DNA of 63,631 bases, counting the filler, from Folioceros fuciformis (lineage: Eukaryota), in NCBI GenBank assembly GCA_049999805.1. It is 5 parts of 5 records of this genome, joined end to end, with 100 filler letters (N's around TTAATTAATTAA, not from the genome) between each part and the next. Parts side by side here need not be neighbours in the genome. Positions count along the whole stretch, not along the records: positions 1 to 10,282 come from JBNGIO010004470.1; positions 10,383 to 22,749 come from JBNGIO010004472.1; 3 more parts are not named here. The stretch is one strand, 5' to 3'. Within the stretch, counting starts at the first letter, position 1; the number at the start of each line of letters is the position of its first letter. This document shows positions 1 through 11,836 of this stretch, piece after piece. A model generated the notes under the pieces. That model did no database searches and was not told the origin of the DNA. It worked only from the letters and a program-made list of their open reading frames with translations. The position numbers were made by a program, and so were the translations under genes.

Positions 1-1760
1 CAATGAATTGTAGATAAAACAAGAGTTCCTAGGAAGGGTCAGAATAGACCAATACCCTTTCCTAACCCTTTTGTTCATTATCATTTTAGATGGACAATCC
101 TTGTTCGTCTGTTTTTGCATAGTGAGGAAATATTCATACCATTGTTTGAAACAGTTTATGGGAATTCCGTTGTTTCCTCTTGTCCAAGGTGTGTAGGATA
201 ATATTAACGCCTTTGTATTAAACTTAACATCCACAAAATAGTAAACAGACAAAAACTACTTTGTACATTACGACTCTACGGGATAAGAGCATGATGTGCT
301 ATTTGCGACTACATTGATGCCTTGGAACCATTGAATGTCATTGTTCTCAAAAACATCTATGTCAATGTTGTATATAGACTCGAACGTAGAAAACCTTACA
401 TATCCAGCACATCCCTCGCCACCACTAGATATTGCACAATAGCTTCGATGTGCAGGTTCGTGAACTTTTGCAACCTACCCTCCACATCCTTGTCCACCAG
501 AGCACGGTGCTCGTTATCGAGTCTTTTCCACATATGGACCTCCACGATGAAAGCTTCGAAAGCTTCAGGTAATTTTTTGAGGTCTTCTACATACTTCATT
601 TACAACACATAGGGAAAAAAAATCCTAATTAGTAAATTGTCCAATGGACAAGCAACTCCAAGAAGTTTGCATACCTACCTTTCCCTCAAATGCCATTTGC
701 AACCGCACGACAGCTTCATCTATTGAGCGAGTATTCTCAACACACCTCTTCAAACGAATCACAAGCAAGATACTTAGCCATGACAACTTGGATAACATGA
801 AGCTTCTTCCTCGAAATAATCTCTTTGGTCATGCCATTTAGGTCGATCAGGCCAGTTTATGCTTTCTCTGTCGTAGAAATAAGCATTTGCTACCTAGACT
901 CTCTAAGAGGAAACCCTTGGAAACTACGCCATGGCTTGCCTTGCATTGTAGGCGGCTTTACGTACACCCCATCTAAAGAAGGAGTAGATGCCTCCTTACG
1001 CTTGCCTTTGCTTTTCTTGCTCACCTCTATTGCCACATGTTTGGCTTGCTATGGGAGTTCTAAGGCCTCTCACTTCGAAAATATCTTATTCACATTTTCC
1101 CATACTCTCCCCTCCACCTTTGCTATACATAATATATGCGTCTTATTGTCAACCTTATGCTGATTATATTGCTTATGTTCCCAGCCCTCATCGTCTTCTA
1201 TCAATCCCAAAAGCTTGTACATATTGAACTTCCAATTCATACTTATGGTCACACCATCTACCTTCGCTATTTGAAGTTTATCCAGCAAATATCAAACCTA
1301 TTCAATGAAGCTCATCCTTTTCTGCTTATCGGACATTATGTTGTGGCCTATTGCGAGAACTCGCATCTCCTACAATGTTAATCCACAACACATATGAGCT
1401 TCCATCCACTGCTACTCTGATTTTAACAGCGCTATGTTCACCAAATGCCGCATAGCCTGGAAAGTATAATTGCCGCCAGCACCCCCATGACATACTTCTT
1501 TGCCCAAAGCTTTGACATGTCTAACTTGTAAATGTCATTGCAGTCATTGGGGTCGATCATGCATAACAAGGGCAAATTACCTTCTTCAATCCTTCCCTTT
1601 GCAATTAGTCTTGCAAGATAGTTTGCCCATGCTTCATCCACCTTCCGGATTTGCGCATCTCCAATAAGGAATGATGTTGGTCGCAAATTTTTGAGCTTTA
1701 CAAGCACTGTCTCTAGCTGCGCCTTCTTGCTAAATGTTAACTCCCAGATGCTCTAAACGG
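1..1760 (-). pseudogene. Decayed gene with a ParB/Sulfiredoxin-like N-terminal domain, probably TE-borne
   Basis: ORF 1438-1707 (LKNLRP..IRKVDEAWANYL..LPLLCMID) continues after a frameshift as GGNYTFQAM (starting at 1477)...CGLTL*EMRVLAIGHN...RMSFIE*V and runs in frame into ORF 1070-1288. Several in-frame TAG/TGA stops. Confidence 0.4.
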
Positions 1761-3350
1761 TACCCTCATTGTGAAAAGAAGCCTCGATCCTCTCTTCGTC
1801 TATGGCCACATACAATGTTGGGATGTCATTGCTATATTGAATGACTTGCTTTCCCTTCTTCCTCATCACATCCTTCCCATATCCAAATTACCTTGACCGA
1901 TATTGTCACTCCCTGACCTGGTATGTTTTCGTTTCTTCCAACAATTCCCTATTCGCCTCCAAGGATGAAGCTTGAAAACTCTCCATCCCAGATTGCCCAT
2001 GTCGGACTTGATTCTATCTTGAGGACCCGTAATGGAGATGAGGCACCGCACCGTGGCCATGTTAAGGAGCCGGGGTGCTGGGATGCCGGCACCCTATTTC
2101 GGGGCATGTAGAGGGATTCCAGATGCTGGCATGTTGACTCCCTGATTCTTTTTCCTTTGCTTTCGTCCTGTCACCTTCCCTACCTTTAAGCTTCTTGACA
2201 ACCATGTCTACTGCCCGTAGCACCTTCGGTCGCCGGATGATCCTCCTCTTCTCTTGCTGAATATTCCTTGTCCATGTCTTGTTCATTATACCTTGGCACA
2301 AACCATACGGGTGAATCTAGGTACCCCATTGCTTCTTCATTCTAGAGTGAGGCTTCCTCCTTAGAGTGATCTTGGTAATCCTGGATCGGTTCGTCTTCCT
2401 TGTCGAATGGTCCAAATTTGGGCTCCATTTCTTCTGCAACTGCAAGCGTTCTTCTAGCTACAAGGTAGGTGGGTGGTTTAGTATTGCGGAAAAGGGTAAC
2501 TTCAAGCTTAACCCTTTTAGAGTTGATGCCAGTAGCATGTGCATAGTCCCCTTGTGCAAGAGGAGGACATCGACATGTCGGCGTCCTTCTTCATTTCCTT
2601 CTACAACCCACCAACAGCGAGTATGGTGGGCAGCCCCTGCCGGTGTCGCAACCTAGTTGTGTGGCAGAGTTTTTCAGAAGGTAGGTCTTCGCCCTGAAGT
2701 GTAGATGATAGTGTGTGGGCAAAGTCCTTACTATGTTTAGTGTTGTTGCTTTCATGGTTTTTTTGTGCTTGTACAATTTTTCCTAAGTTTCACTTCACAT
2801 GAGCATCATATTCATAATTCCAAGGGAAACCATTAAGCAACACACCATGGTGTTCACCACCATGGGCATGGGTGACTAATATTTTGCTGACGTACACCGT
2901 TATTTTAACCCTTCATTTTGTGGAAAACCTCTAAACCCCCAAATTCATGCCTAATGTTCAGACTCTTTCGCGTTGCCATTGGCAAAATATCCTTTGAGTA
3001 TAATCAGCCTCTTAGTAGGAAATGCTAGTATAACTGAGTTTCATTTGAAATGATACTATCTTTAATTTTCAAGTCCCAAATAATTGTCACCAAGACTTAA
3101 ACGCTCATTTAAGGGATAGAGGTGATGTGCACATACACATAGGAAAAAAGGAGACTTCATTAACAAAGAGAAAATTTTCCAAAAGGATGACTAAGCCCAA
3201 TAGGGCTAGCCCTTAAGGCCATCGGTACATGTATATATTCATATAATATTTTCAAATATATACGCACATGACATTTAAACTAGGCATCCACAAGTGATGC
3301 CTGACTTCTTTGAGCACTATCAAAATCTAGCTTCAAGGATTTGCAACAAA

Positions 3351-3848
3351 TTAGTTGGAAACTACAGGGTCTCCAATAGTTGAGTTGAAAGCTATTTGGG
3401 CATTAGTTGAGCTGGAAACTGACATGCCACTGGTATCAGTAGACCAAAGCACTTTACCATCTCCAGTGTACATGACAACGTTGCCATCGCTTTGCAAGAT
3501 GATGTAGTGACCACCATCTTCACCACAACAAGTTCCAGTGCTGAACATTGAAACGTTGTCACCTGTGAATATCTCAGCATTCCCATTAGTCTCCATCTTG
3601 AAGTAGCAGTTTTGACCCTTGCCCGGAGTATTGGAAGCCCAAATAGCTATATTCTTTGCTTGATTATATAACACCAAGTTGCAATCAGCTTGCATAGTGA
3701 ACAAATAGGGCCAGATTACAAGCCCATCACCAGTATTTAGTTGATAGCCCTCTAACAGAACTTGACTATTTCCCTGGACAATATGCATAGTTGCAGCATA
3801 GATACATAATATCAGAGATAAGGAACCCATACTACGAAAGCTAGCCAT
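3351..3848 (-). CDS. Secreted bulb-type (GNA-related) mannose-binding lectin, 165 aa, intronless
   Basis: Hydrophobic signal-peptide-like N-terminus from ATG 3848. QxDxNxVxY motifs QADCNLVLY and QSDGNVVMY, plus IWASNT and LWSTDT motifs. Confidence 0.92.
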   Translation of the reverse strand: MASFRSMGSLSLILCIYAATMHIVQGNSQVLLEGYQLNTGDGLVIWPYLFTMQADCNLVLYNQAKNIAIWASNTPGKGQNCYFKMETNGNAEIFTGDNVSMFSTGTCCGEDGGHYIILQSDGNVVMYTGDGKVLWSTDTSGMSVSSSTNAQIAFNSTIGDPVVSN

Positions 3849-3944
3849 CTCTAGCAAAATAACAAGTCCAAACAAGAGAAAGAGAGACCGGAAAATGAGG
3901 TTGCACTGAAAGGAAAGGCAAGGTTTGATGAAGGAGACCTTCAC

Positions 3945-3952
3945 ATATATAA
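3945..3952 (-). promoter_or_regulatory. Candidate TATA box of the lectin gene
   Basis: TTATATAT on the minus strand about 100 bp upstream of ATG 3848. Confidence 0.4.
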
Positions 3953-4899
3953 GCAAGTTAGAGGACATTATTCGATAGATTGTTTCCTTCATCCCGATCA
4001 CGAGTGAATTTTATATATATCTATATTAGTAGTAGTACTACTACTACTATTAATACTACGACTTCTTCGTATTCTTCTTCTCTATCAGTGCATAAAAATG
4101 AGTTTTATTTTTTAATCAGTTGATCATGATATATCATTTATCTAGCGATGGAAAAATAAACAAAGGATTTCTTAATGGATATGTTGTAAGAAACCTTAAT
4201 GGAGTAGAATAATTTCCTTCTGGGTACACAAGGTGTTTTCGACAGATTCTTTCCAACTACTGTCTACTTCCTTCTTCTCTAGCTAGGGTTGCTATGCCTC
4301 GATTTTCCTCTCTTTCCATGGTGGGGATCTAAGAGCTTTAAGCTTTTCGTCTTAAGAAGGAATATGAGTATGTGTAGCTCAGTCTTCTTCGAGATTCTTT
4401 TACCCCTTGGCTTGTTCGATTGCAGACTCGCTCTTGCTTGGGAAAGGATGCATGTTCTTGGCTCTAGGATTTACCTAGCATTAAGGCTTTCTAAATCGAC
4501 CAGCCACATTCTCCATTGCGATGAGGGTTCGCCTTGGTTTGGTGCAACCTTTGGCTTGCTCCCTCTTCTCTTGCAGCTGTGGGGTGCTACTCAACAACTT
4601 TAAGACTCATCTTGCCTATTGCCGAGAAGGGGGACAACGCATCACTATACTTGAGTTATGTCATGCGTGATGTTATATTTCCTTTGGTGATAGAGGCCGA
4701 TTTTCTACCCTTCAGGAAGTGCCCCTACACTCTGTTTGACGTCATTTCTGTTTGGGCTGATCTTTTTTCTTGTATAGGAAAAACATATTCATGTTGCTGA
4801 TGTGGTCATAACAAATCCCACATAGGTTTTGGTGTTTGAGCATGTTGTCTTCAACTCCTTGGGTAGGGTGGCAGAGGGGACTACATTGGCCAAAATTCA

Positions 4900-5150
4900 C
4901 GAGTACACCCCTTTGTATGTTCGACACATCTTTATGTCCCCTACCATGTGTTTTCCAAGCTTCTATAGAGTTCTACACTAAGGCGGTTCATTATAAGAAA
5001 AATGGTATTGGTCTTCCTCTTTCATGTATTGTAGTATTCTTTTGGCAAAGGGTTTCCATTGCAATATAGCGAACATTGGATAATGCTTTGTACATGATAA
5101 GAACAATTGCAAGAAAGGGAGTAAGTGACTCATGGGAGGTAGAACCTTTC
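4900..5150 (+). mobile_element. 3' remnant of a CRE-like (RLE-type) non-LTR retrotransposon
   Basis: GLPLSCIVVFFWQRVSIAI resembles the RQRxSIALQR C-terminus and is similar to about 13350-13410. Confidence 0.45.
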
Positions 5151-5699
5151 TCCTTTTGGACCATGATATCTTAGGTACTATTGGTAGCTTTAAAGGCTCA
5201 ACAGCTTAAGGAGCTAGCTCCTTGTGGCTTGGTCCATCTTTGCTGGTTTGTCTCACCTCTTTCGGGGTAGATGGGGTTTCCATCTTGTTTCACTAAAGTA
5301 ATTATCGGGGTTTACTTTCAACTTATAGATATTGCATTGGCTTTCACAAAGGATTGAGAAGGTTAATGAAAAGCAAACTAATTGTTTGGAGCAAAGTGGC
5401 CAGATAATTAACCTTATAGAGAGTATCCAAGNNNNNNNNNNNNNNNNNNNNNNNNNNNNNNNNNNNNNNNNNNNNNNNNNNNNNNNNNNNNNNNNNNNNN
5501 NNNNNNNNNNNNNNNNNNNNNNNNNNNNNNNTATCCAAGAGACATAAAGGACTCATCATGAGAATGACACAACTTCATAGACCTACGAAATTAGAAAACA
5601 CGTCTTGAAACTAGGAAGCATTTTCTTTTTTGTTTCTATGACAACTAGGGGTTTAGAAAGGTGTGCAATAGGTTGAGAGAATGAATGACTTGAATAAAT

Positions 5700-6260
5700 G
5701 GGGAAAACATATTATCGAAACAAAGGAAAGATTCTTTGCATGTTCCCACTGTCATGACTTAGAAAGTCTGCTAGAATGCAACATCTATGTGAACTTGCTA
5801 TGCAGATCGATACCGTACAAGTTGACAAGTCATGGAACACAAGTGCGTAGTAAAGATAAAGTTGTTGCGTTTTGACCAAAGAGACAACGAGTAGATGAAA
5901 GGTTATCGTGAAAGGATAGTTGGCGGACACAATTATTTTGGTACTTAACTTTGTGAACAGTTTATACCGGTTAAGAATGCTCACCCAGGAAGGTGGCAAC
6001 AAAATGTTGCAAGTACATAGGGGTGTGGAAAGAATGAATGAGTATTCTTTTGATAGTTCGCTTAAAACACTTAGAATGAGTAGACATTCATCAAATCTTG
6101 ATAGTGCAGTCTAATCATGAAGCTTGTAGTGGACTAAACAATGAAATCAAAGCTTTTGCCTTATGAATTTGCATCTTCATGTTGTTCCATTACACGTGAT
6201 AACGTTGCAATGATGTAATATAGGAGGTAGTTGGATTGATGTTATGAAACTTGTTAGGTG
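5700..6260 (-). mobile_element. Internal remnant of the CRE-like non-LTR retrotransposon family
   Basis: Clear nucleotide and peptide similarity to 12020-12225 and 12560-12830 (YKLFTKL; SFDSSL). Confidence 0.55.
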
Positions 6261-6319
6261 ATGACCTTAGAATATGTTATGTCTCACTCATATCAAGGGA
6301 GGGGGGGCAGAGAAGCTGC

Positions 6320-6960
6320 TCCTTTCGTCGATCTCGTGTGAAGTGAACCACCAAAGAGTGGAAAGATGACCGGTAGCCCTGGTGTGCACAATGGGGAGAA
6401 AGCACCCAAGAGAATGCATATGTACATATGTATTCTCTTGGGAGCCGTGTATTCACAAGGTGGAAGCCAAAGAACGTTTCCCGAATTGAAGGTGATCAGC
6501 CATGAGGCCTACATTCAAACCACTTCACCTTTAAGATGATAGTCTCATATCCCCGTGGGAATCGTACCTGTAAGATTTGGTCCACCATTCCGTAGAAATG
6601 GCGGTGTTGTTCGTCACCCATGATGAACTTGGTAACAACACCAATATCTTGCGTAACGCGGTGCTCCATGTCGGCTACAGCTGTTTGCAAATGGCGGCCA
6701 TTCACCGACATATGCTTGTACACAGAGGTGCACAAATCTGGCCCATCCATGATTGCTGCAACGTCTTTGTTGAACATTCGGGAAGACTCCCACCTTCCTT
6801 TGTTTCGGCCAGCATGGACCCACTGTCTAAACGATCGCGGATCGTGGTCCTCGTATCCCTCTGCAATCTCTACTACATACATTTGCAGGAAAGGGTCCAT
6901 GACTTGTGTGTTCCGAAGGTCGAATATGTGCACATGGTAAAGCTCAGTGTGAACCTCCAA
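6320..6960 (-). mobile_element. CACTA (En/Spm) transposase fragment, DUF4216-like
   Basis: VNGRHLQT..TQDIGV..FYGMVDQILQVRF..IILKVKWF matches the NG..T..TQxSGV..YG..I..KxxWF pattern. Frameshifted continuation GFHLVNT. Confidence 0.7.
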
Positions 6961-7771
6961 AGTTTGGGGTAGTAGTTGGTTTTGATTGAAAATGCTTAAT
7001 AGTGGTATGGTTTGGTTTTCTTTTTTCTACTTATTTTCCATAATTTTTCTTTATTTTCTGGTCATTTTTCCTATTTTTACTTGTGCTAATTAAGTTAATT
7101 GACTAGTAAATAATTGGTTTGGTTATTAGAGTGGGTATAGGTTTGGTCCCAAACCTGGGAAAGTTTAGGTCTGGTACCGGACCATAGGGTTGGGAAGGTT
7201 TGAATTTAGGTTTGGTGATTGTTTTAATATTAATTAAGATATATAGTATTAAATAGTATTAAATAATGAAATAATCAAACAATTGTTTGAACCTCGAAGC
7301 GGGAATATGGGATATGTCAATGTGATAGGTCAGGGTGGTCTGGTTGGCTGACAGGGCTGCATAATTGACTAAACGGCCATGAGAGCTCACCCTAGCTAGG
7401 GCAGAACTGTGATTGCTCCCATCCCCATCCCCCTCCCCCCTTCCTCCCTTCTCCTACATTTTTCTTCCCCGCTTTCTTTCCCCCTCCCTTCTCAATCTTC
7501 CAATCTTGTTTTCTCTATGGATTCGAGTAGCAGGCAGGAGGGCGGATTCCTGAGTGAATGTGATCCGCAGAAAGGAGCCTAAACCATTTTGCGAGGATTG
7601 GGAGTACTGGGAGCGCTGGCAACTCAGGTCACCGATTTCCAACCATGTCCAACTCCTGATGCCCCGCTCTAGCCAACCTTCCCGATCCACTTCCGCCTTG
7701 CATCACTGACCAGTCAGATTTCTCCAGCCATTTTCGCAACGAGCTGCCATTTCGATCCAGTCCGCCCCGAT

Positions 7772-9995
7772 TGTGGAGTGGAACTTACACCCAAGAACCA
7801 CTAAGGGGCCACACTTTCCCCTTATTATCGTTGCAGTACTATGATTCGCTCACACGGGAGTGAACTAGTGTCAAGGTTCCCCACAATCTCCCCGCACTGC
7901 CCTAACCTAAACCTATCTACCAGCCGGCTCCTAGACCTAACCACACTACAGCAAAAAGATCAGCATCCTTAGCCCCGTCTTCAACACCAACCCCAACTCC
8001 AGCTGAATGAGAACTCCAGCATCATCTTCAGCTCCCACTCCCAGCTCTAGGTATCAGCCGCCTCAGCTGCTGAGAGGAGGCCCCAGCCCTGGCCTCGGCC
8101 TCCACTCTCAGCCCTAAATACCAGCCAACTCAGCAGCTGATTGAGAACTTCAGCACCTAAGCTCCTCACGTTAGCACAACAACTCCAAACTCCAGCACCT
8201 AAGCTCCTCACGTTAGCACAACAACTCCAAACTCCAGCACCTAAGCTCCTCACCTTAGCACAACAACTCCAAACTCCAGCACTTCAAATCTCTACTCCAG
8301 CCCTTCACTCTTAAGTTTCACTCCTTGATGTGGAACACAATAGCCCCTCACTTGCCATACTTGAGGCAGGGATGTGCAGACCCAGGCTGGATAGCCTCTT
8401 CGGCTCACAGCCGTGCAGCCCGTCGCCTTGGAAACCCCTTAGGGACATCAAGGTACCCCAACCACCCAACCAGCCTGCAAGAAAAGGCCAGCCCTTGCGG
8501 ATCTGGCCACCCAGATCTCAGCAATTTTGGGAGCCGCCACATTCCCCTAGTGGCATGGGGAATCAAGGCCGAGGTACATCTGCACACTGGTTTAACCTTC
8601 TAACCCAGCAGCCTGCACACAAGGTCAAGGGAGCTCTCACCAAACCCCCCCCCTCAATGATAGGCCTGGCCTCTTATACCCCCTTGGCCAGGAACCCCTG
8701 TCACTGTCTAACCAGGTCAGCACGCCTTCGACAGAACCCTCCACTTGTCAAAACCCTAACCCTAACTCTAACCTATGCATAACCCTAACTCAAACCTATG
8801 AGAACCTGCCAACTAGCCTTTTGGGACTCATTATTAGTTACTCTCTACATAATCATCAAACTCAATACTAGTTACCCTTACAAAATCATCAGTAGCATCC
8901 CCAACAAATCCTCGTCCACCTAGGGCATAGCCATAACAAAATCCCTTGCTATTACTCCACCTTCCCCTATGGTAATCATGTACAACATGATCGCAGAAGT
9001 TTAGCAACATTCCAATGCCACTACCTCTTGTCCACCCATAGCCCTCCAATATAACAACCTGGTCCTCAGACAAGTGCTCACGGACCACTAGCGGCTTTTC
9101 CTCTACCGTTATCAGCAACGGCATTGGTGGACCTTTTCAATTATCCACTCCTGCACTACCGGTATTGTCCGTCGGCTGCATGGGACGCTGGGCTGCCATC
9201 TAGGCTCCTCAGTAGCCAGCCAGCCCTCGGCCTGCTCCTGGCTCCGGCCTGGCTCAGATCCACCCCAGCCAGCCCCTACAAGCTAGCCGGCCTGCCTGCT
9301 CTAGGGTCGGCCAACCGGTCGGACCCCCTACCTCTACCAAGCTAGCCGCCCCTGCCTGATCCGCTCCAGCCTACCACAACCCTTGGCTGCTCTTCAGCCC
9401 TTCCACCTGAACCTAACCACACACCCGCTTCCTTGGCTGCCTAGCTTTCCCGCCGGACCTGATGCACCCACAGCCTTGGCCCCTTCCTACGTGGCTGTGG
9501 GCTCTCTCCTCAGCCCCCGATGCACATGGGCAAGGCCCTGGTAAGTCTAAACACCCCACCCCCATGCCTATGCCNNNNNNNNNNNNNNNNNNNNNNNNNN
9601 NNNNNNNNNNNNNNNNNNNNNNNNNNNNNNNNNNNNNNNNNNNNNNNNNNNNNNNNNNNNNNNNNNNNNNNNNNCCATGCCTATGCCCAACCGCCTTCCG
9701 CACGCTCCCGAGGCCCCAACTCACCCTCACACGCCCGACTTAGGGTTTCACACATGCCGGCACCCCTCGTGACGGGCACACTCCACCCACTACTTCACCT
9801 TCTCTACGGCCACGAGTTAGCTAGACGATTGTTCACTCTCTGATCTCCACCACTGCTATCTCCTGATCAGCCTACCTAATCTAGTCCTATCTAATATAGT
9901 TTCCTAATTATCCTTCCAAGGAATTCACTCAAAATTCAAAAAAAAACAAATACTACCCTTTTTCTAAGAGGCCCGTCTACCATGTGGTCTCCACA
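7772..9995. mobile_element. Solo LTR, about 2.2 kb including a 100-N gap
   Basis: Termini TGTGGAG...CTCCACA form a 7-bp inverted repeat. 5-bp TSD CCGAT/CTGAT (one C>T). Homologous to 58251-59547. Confidence 0.8.
8146..8282. repeat. 42-bp tandem repeat, about 3 copies, inside the solo LTR
   Basis: AACTCCAGCACCTAAGCTCCTCACGTTAGCACAACAACTCCA units start at 8146, 8188 and 8230. Confidence 0.9.
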
Positions 9996-10282
9996 CTGAT
10001 CCAGCTCCAGCTCCAAAACTGTCTCGATCTGCCCCAACTTGCCCACCAGCTCTTGTCCCAGCATGGCCTCCCCACTTAGCCAACCTAGATTCTCACCCTC
10101 CCCTTGTTGCCGCGCTGGAAGAAGCTAGCCTGCTGCTGGATTTCAGCCCCCTCCTCCTCATTCTTTCCCCTTTGCCCAATTCTTCTTGCCCGCCTTTGCC
10201 TGATCCACCTTGCTAGTGGCGCGCCAGCTACCTCCGGTTTCCATGGCCGAATTCGCCTTGTAATTCTTTCCCCCTCTCCTGC

Positions 10283-10382
10283 NNNNNNNNNNNNNNNNNN
10301 NNNNNNNNNNNNNNNNNNNNNNNNNNTTAATTAATTAANNNNNNNNNNNNNNNNNNNNNNNNNNNNNNNNNNNNNNNNNNNN
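10283..10382. other. Artificial scaffold-joining spacer
   Basis: N-run + TTAATTAATTAA (stops in all six frames) + N-run, 100 bp in total. Confidence 0.95.
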
Positions 10383-10486
10383 TTTTATATGGTTCTATAT
10401 GTATCAACCCCCCTCTTTGTATTTTATATGGTTCTATACGTATCAACCCCCTCTTTGTATTTTATATGGTTCTATACGTATCAATA
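10383..10486. repeat. Tandem repeat of about 38 bp at the scaffold end
   Basis: TTTTATATGGTTCTATAYGTATCAACCCCCTCTTTGTA, about 2.7 copies. Confidence 0.85.
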
Positions 10487-11836
10487 CATATTGATACGTA
10501 TATAATATACATATTTCCATATTTCTTTCTTTTTATTTTCCTAATTTCCCCTTTTCTATTTTCACCCCTATTTATCTGGATTAAATTCCAGAAATTCCAA
10601 CTCAACTCTGTTTCACCTGCTTTCTTTTCCTTCTAGTTCGGGGCCTATTCCAACACCCCGNNNNNNNNNNNNNNNNNNNNNNNNNNNNNNNNNNNNNNNN
10701 NNNNNNNNNNNNNNNNNNNNNNNNNNNNNNNNNNNNNNNNNNNNNNNNNNNNNNNNNNNNTCTTCCATGGCCGAGGAACCACTTTGACTGGAGGCTGATT
10801 CTACTGAATAACCTACCGTTTTCAAGCCAGGTTCCGGCTGCTAATCCCACTACTTCCCACCTTTTCTCTATCTTTCCCACTGCTCATACTCCTCTTCTGG
10901 AAGCAGGCTCAACCACCAAGGGGGAACAGTTGCAGAGGAAGACTTAGCGGGCGACCATCCAGCAAGGAAGAGGTGACGTCCGCAGATCTTTGAAGATCAG
11001 GCATCCTTCAAAGTCTCAGGGTAGTTTAAGAGGTGGTAGATACTTGTGGTGGTAGGGTCAGCAGGTCATAAGGCCAGCTCATTGGTGGCATGATGTGCTA
11101 GGAGAGTCTAAATAAGTGGTTGGTGACAGCCGGCTAGGCTAGTGGTCCTATTAAAATAATATTTCTCAAGTTAGGGAGAGGTGAAGTCAGAGAGAGAGAG
11201 GCTCCTTTAAGGTCAGGTGAGCCTGTAGGAGGCAGGTTGTCACTTTGCGAGCTCTCTCAGGCTGACCCTGCTTGGATATATCAGTGTGTGTGCCGGCTAT
11301 GCATGTGTGCAGCGTCTTGTAAAGCTTTGAGAAGTGGTGGCCAGGGTTAAGGGCGGGGTCCCTTTTAATTCTTGATTATGCTCTCCGTGTCGTGTCCCCA
11401 TGATTTGTCATTTTTGTTTCCTCGCAGGGCTGGAGTGAGTGCCGACCATGCTTGCATGGTGTCTGGTAGGATCGTGGGTGGCGGCATGCTTTCTTCGAGG
11501 TTAGTCTAGTGACTCTTGCCGGGTAGGGGGAGTCCATAGGGAAGCATAGAAGGTAGTGGTGTCATTGCTGGTTGTTGCTGGTGCTGGTGTTGGTGCTGGA
11601 ATGAGTGAGTGAGTGAAGTGAAGTGAGTGAAGTTGCAGATTTGAGAAGTTAGGGTCGTTGTAGTGACTGGAGTGAGTTTGTGGGCACTGAGAGAGGTGCA
11701 GTTTACTGCTGGACAGTGAGGACTGTCCCACGCCTGATCGGAGCTGGAGGGGAGCCCTCGAATCCGTCATCGAGTCGATTGAGTTCGACCCTCCATCCAT
11801 AGTAGCTAGGAACCCCATCGCTCCTTCGTGGTAACA

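Noticed and set aside
10327-10338. Palindromic TTAATTAATTAA recurring four times in the window
   Set aside because: Always centred in a 100-bp N block. It is a six-frame-stop linker added during sequence concatenation.
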